Program-made: the position numbers and the translations under genes
Notes under the pieces: model-generated
The model's input: the letters and a program-made list of their open reading frames with translations, nothing else
Database searches by the model: none
What the model was told of the DNA's origin: nothing
DNA from: Octopus vulgaris
Lineage: Eukaryota
NCBI GenBank assembly: GCA_951406725.2
Contig: OX597827.1
Coordinates: 40,362,001-40,426,000, forward strand
Length of the DNA stretch: 64,000 bases
Direction: 5' to 3'
Shown here: piece by piece, positions 55,270 to 64,000 of the stretch
Layout of the letters: the number at the start of each line of letters is the position of its first letter
Position numbering within the stretch: position 1 is the first letter of the stretch

Positions 55270-55450
55270 AGATGTATATCACTGGTTATGGCATATAAAC
55301 ATAGTAGAATACTACCACCAGATTGCGCTGACTGTCTGAACTGTTATATATACATAACGAATAATATACAGCACGATGATATAAAAATATAGTCACTCTA
55401 TTTTTCTGATACTGAATATAATTTTTTCCTGGTTTATGGACAACTAACTG

Positions 55451-55504
<54 letters not shown>

Positions 55505-55511
<7 letters not shown>

Positions 55512-56676
55512 ATAAAAGGCAGATTTTATCTGCCTCCCTTTGTCAGTTATAGAAATCTACAATATAGGATTTCTTCAATTACAATTTACCTAGCATTTTT
55601 AAGAGTAGAATGCATCGGGTTTTGCCAAGTCCAGTTTTTAAAATTTAAACTCCAATTAAGCAAAATTTACAGAAAACTCACATTCTGGTGTGTATGTCAA
55701 ATGCTTTTCTTAGTCTGGTTTACAGCACACGCAAACGCACACACACAGTGTGCAACGAATAAAGTGAAACTAGATGTAATATTTGTTTCTGTCTATCACG
55801 CTGATAGATACATGAGTAAAATGTATGGCAAGCTAACAGATAAGAGTGAGTGAAAATGTTCTTGGAAGAGAGTAAATAGCGACAGAGTGATTTGAGGAAG
55901 ACTAAACTGAAAGTATGAAACAGTGTTTATGTATAAACAGACGACACTTATATAAACCCTTTCATTACCAAACCGCCCGAATTTACCTATTCATATTTAA
56001 ATGAGAATATCAGAGTAAATCTCTTTAGTACATTCGTGAAAACACGTATTATACTTCGTAAACACTTCAAATACAGTTTTGTACAAAAATCGAAGTGTAA
56101 TTTTAATTCCGTGAATTATGGGAGATTTTTTTCCGAAATTTGTTCCTATTGTGTTTTCAAAATTTGTAATTCTGACAAAAAATGGATACGAATTTCATTA
56201 TATCAAGCAGCGAGTCAGAATTCGAAGGATTTTCTACTGAAGACCTTCATAAATCTAACTCTATGACTGAAAAAAAAAAGCATCTTTATATAAGAGTGAA
56301 GTTGTGTGTCTGTCTCCTACGATTTAGATTCGTAACTACTCCCACATTTTGCGGTGCAGTTTAACCAAAAGCGGGTATCTTATAGTCGTGATTCATATCG
56401 AGCCCTTCTGGGTATTAGCGCGCGTCTACGATGAGTCCACGATTTTAAAAAAATTTACCATCATATTTTTCCATTTTAATGCATTTTTTCGCTTTTATAT
56501 AAGGGAAGTAACTCTCTAAAAATAGCTACGATGTGTCAACGATTTAAAAAAAAAATTTACCTTAATTTTTTTTCAATTTTTAATGCATTTTTTTGCTATT
56601 TTTTGGCTATAACACTCTAAAAATGCTTATATAGTTATTTCCCTTACAACCCGAGCAACGCCGGACGATACTGCTA

Positions 56677-56677
<1 letters not shown>
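55505..56677 (+). mobile_element. Non-autonomous Helitron-like composite
   Basis: Inserted in (TA)n; 3' end ccgagcaacgccgg...CTAG (56674-56677) resembles the end at 44216; second 5'-like start at about 56282. Confidence 0.65.
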
Positions 56678-56732
<55 letters not shown>

Positions 56733-56734
56733 TC

Positions 56735-56765
<31 letters not shown>

Positions 56766-56776
56766 GAGAGAGAGAA

Positions 56777-56889
56777 GGATTAGTGACAGAAGCAGTGTCA
56801 GTACTGAATAGCAACCTTTATATGGCATACAAGTTAAGGTCGCTATACAGGTTGCTATTCAGTACTGATACTGTTTCTGTTGCTAATCC
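56777..56889. repeat. About 113-bp palindrome
   Basis: ggattagtgacagaagcagtgtcagtactgaatagcaacc / ggttgctattcagtactgatactgtttctgttgctaatcc. Confidence 0.8.
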
Positions 56890-57507
56890 ACCTTAACTTG
56901 TATATACTTTAAGAGTGCCATAAATTGCGGTATTTGTGCCGCTTCTCCCAACTGAACCCTTTTCCGGCCCTTCGCTGTCTGACGCGCTACCACCAGTCCG
57001 TCGCATTTTAAAGGGTGGCATTTTTATTTTTTTATAACCTTTCCCTGGCCGTGTAAGGATCAGAGGTTACTTCCGAAACGCATTAATTTTTACCGTTGCC
57101 GTTGGCAGGACAAAAGATTATTTTCGTCGTCCCGAACAACTGGAGCGCTGGTTCAACTCCAACCAAAGGAACTAGAGCACAATGTTCCCCTGTTTATTCA
57201 CCTCCGTAACAATATCTATGTGTGTGTGTCTGTGTGTGTGCATGCGCGCGCGTGTGTGCGTGTCTGTGTGGATGTATGTATACATCTATGTGTGTGTCTG
57301 TGTTTGTCTCCCACCATCGCTCTACAACCAGTACTGGTTTGTTTTCGTTACCGTAACTTAGCGTTCCGGTAAAAGGAAGCCGATATGATAAGTACCAGAC
57401 TTTAAAAAAATAATTACCAAAGTAGACTTGTTCAACCAAACCCTTGAAGGCAGTGCCCCAGCATGACCGCAGTCCAATGACTGAAGCAAGTAAAAGATAA
57501 AAGATAC

Positions 57508-57628
<121 letters not shown>

Positions 57629-57991
57629 GATAAAGAGCCTTACTCAAAACGATAGAATTCATATTTCCACAGGGAGATATGAATTCTGGAGATGTACTTG
57701 CATAGCAAGTGATTTGATCTGAGATCGTGTGCTGAAACGAAAACAATTGCAGCGTGGAAGGTGTTTGTAAGCCATTTAAGAAACACACAAAAGCCATTCG
57801 ATTCACTTCAACATTTAAGTTTAATTTGTCAAAATATTTTCGTCGCTTTAAGACCGCGACCTGTTCACTGACAAAAATCCGTGCTGCATGAATTCTATCG
57901 CATAGAAACCATTTAAACTTGAAAACTTTAATAAATTCACTTTACCGACACTGACAACTATGTTTTTTGCTGAAGCTGTTTTATTCTTTCA

Positions 57992-58001
57992 TTTATTTAT
58001 T
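57992..58001 (-). terminator. Candidate polyadenylation signal, gene C
   Basis: Overlapping AATAAA on minus in a 3'UTR homologous to that of gene B. Confidence 0.5.
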
Positions 58002-58076
58002 TACAACAGAAATATACAGATAATGATGCCCCAAATTTTTATCAGTTCACAAGACAAGAACAAGCAGACGTTTCTT

Positions 58077-64000
<5,924 letters not shown>

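Overview
Eukaryotic, AT-rich genomic DNA dense in microsatellites and SINEs. The repeat landscape looks like an octopus/coleoid cephalopod, which is an inference. Almost all supplied ORFs are microsatellite read-through. Manual splicing on the minus strand gives a tandem cluster of three paralogous 6-exon genes for small secreted proteins with two FAS1 (fasciclin) domains, of the TGFBI/periostin/sym32 type. Gene A (16604..2432, 296 aa) and gene B (48550..33690, 297 aa) are complete. Only the 3' half of gene C is present (>64000..58077). All introns are GT-AG with matching phases. B and C are close paralogues: the intron flanks of exon 4 are more similar than the exon itself, and in exon 5 every differing codon changes the amino acid. 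The rest of the window is decayed mobile DNA: a Tx1/L1-type LINE, RTE and Penelope-like fragments, mariners, Helitrons, solo LTRs, several tRNA-derived SINE families and MITE-like palindromes. Several repeats carry minimal hammerhead-ribozyme motifs, including a tRNA-headed SINE inserted as a head-to-head palindrome with a 12-bp TSD. All counts are by eye; no database searches were run.
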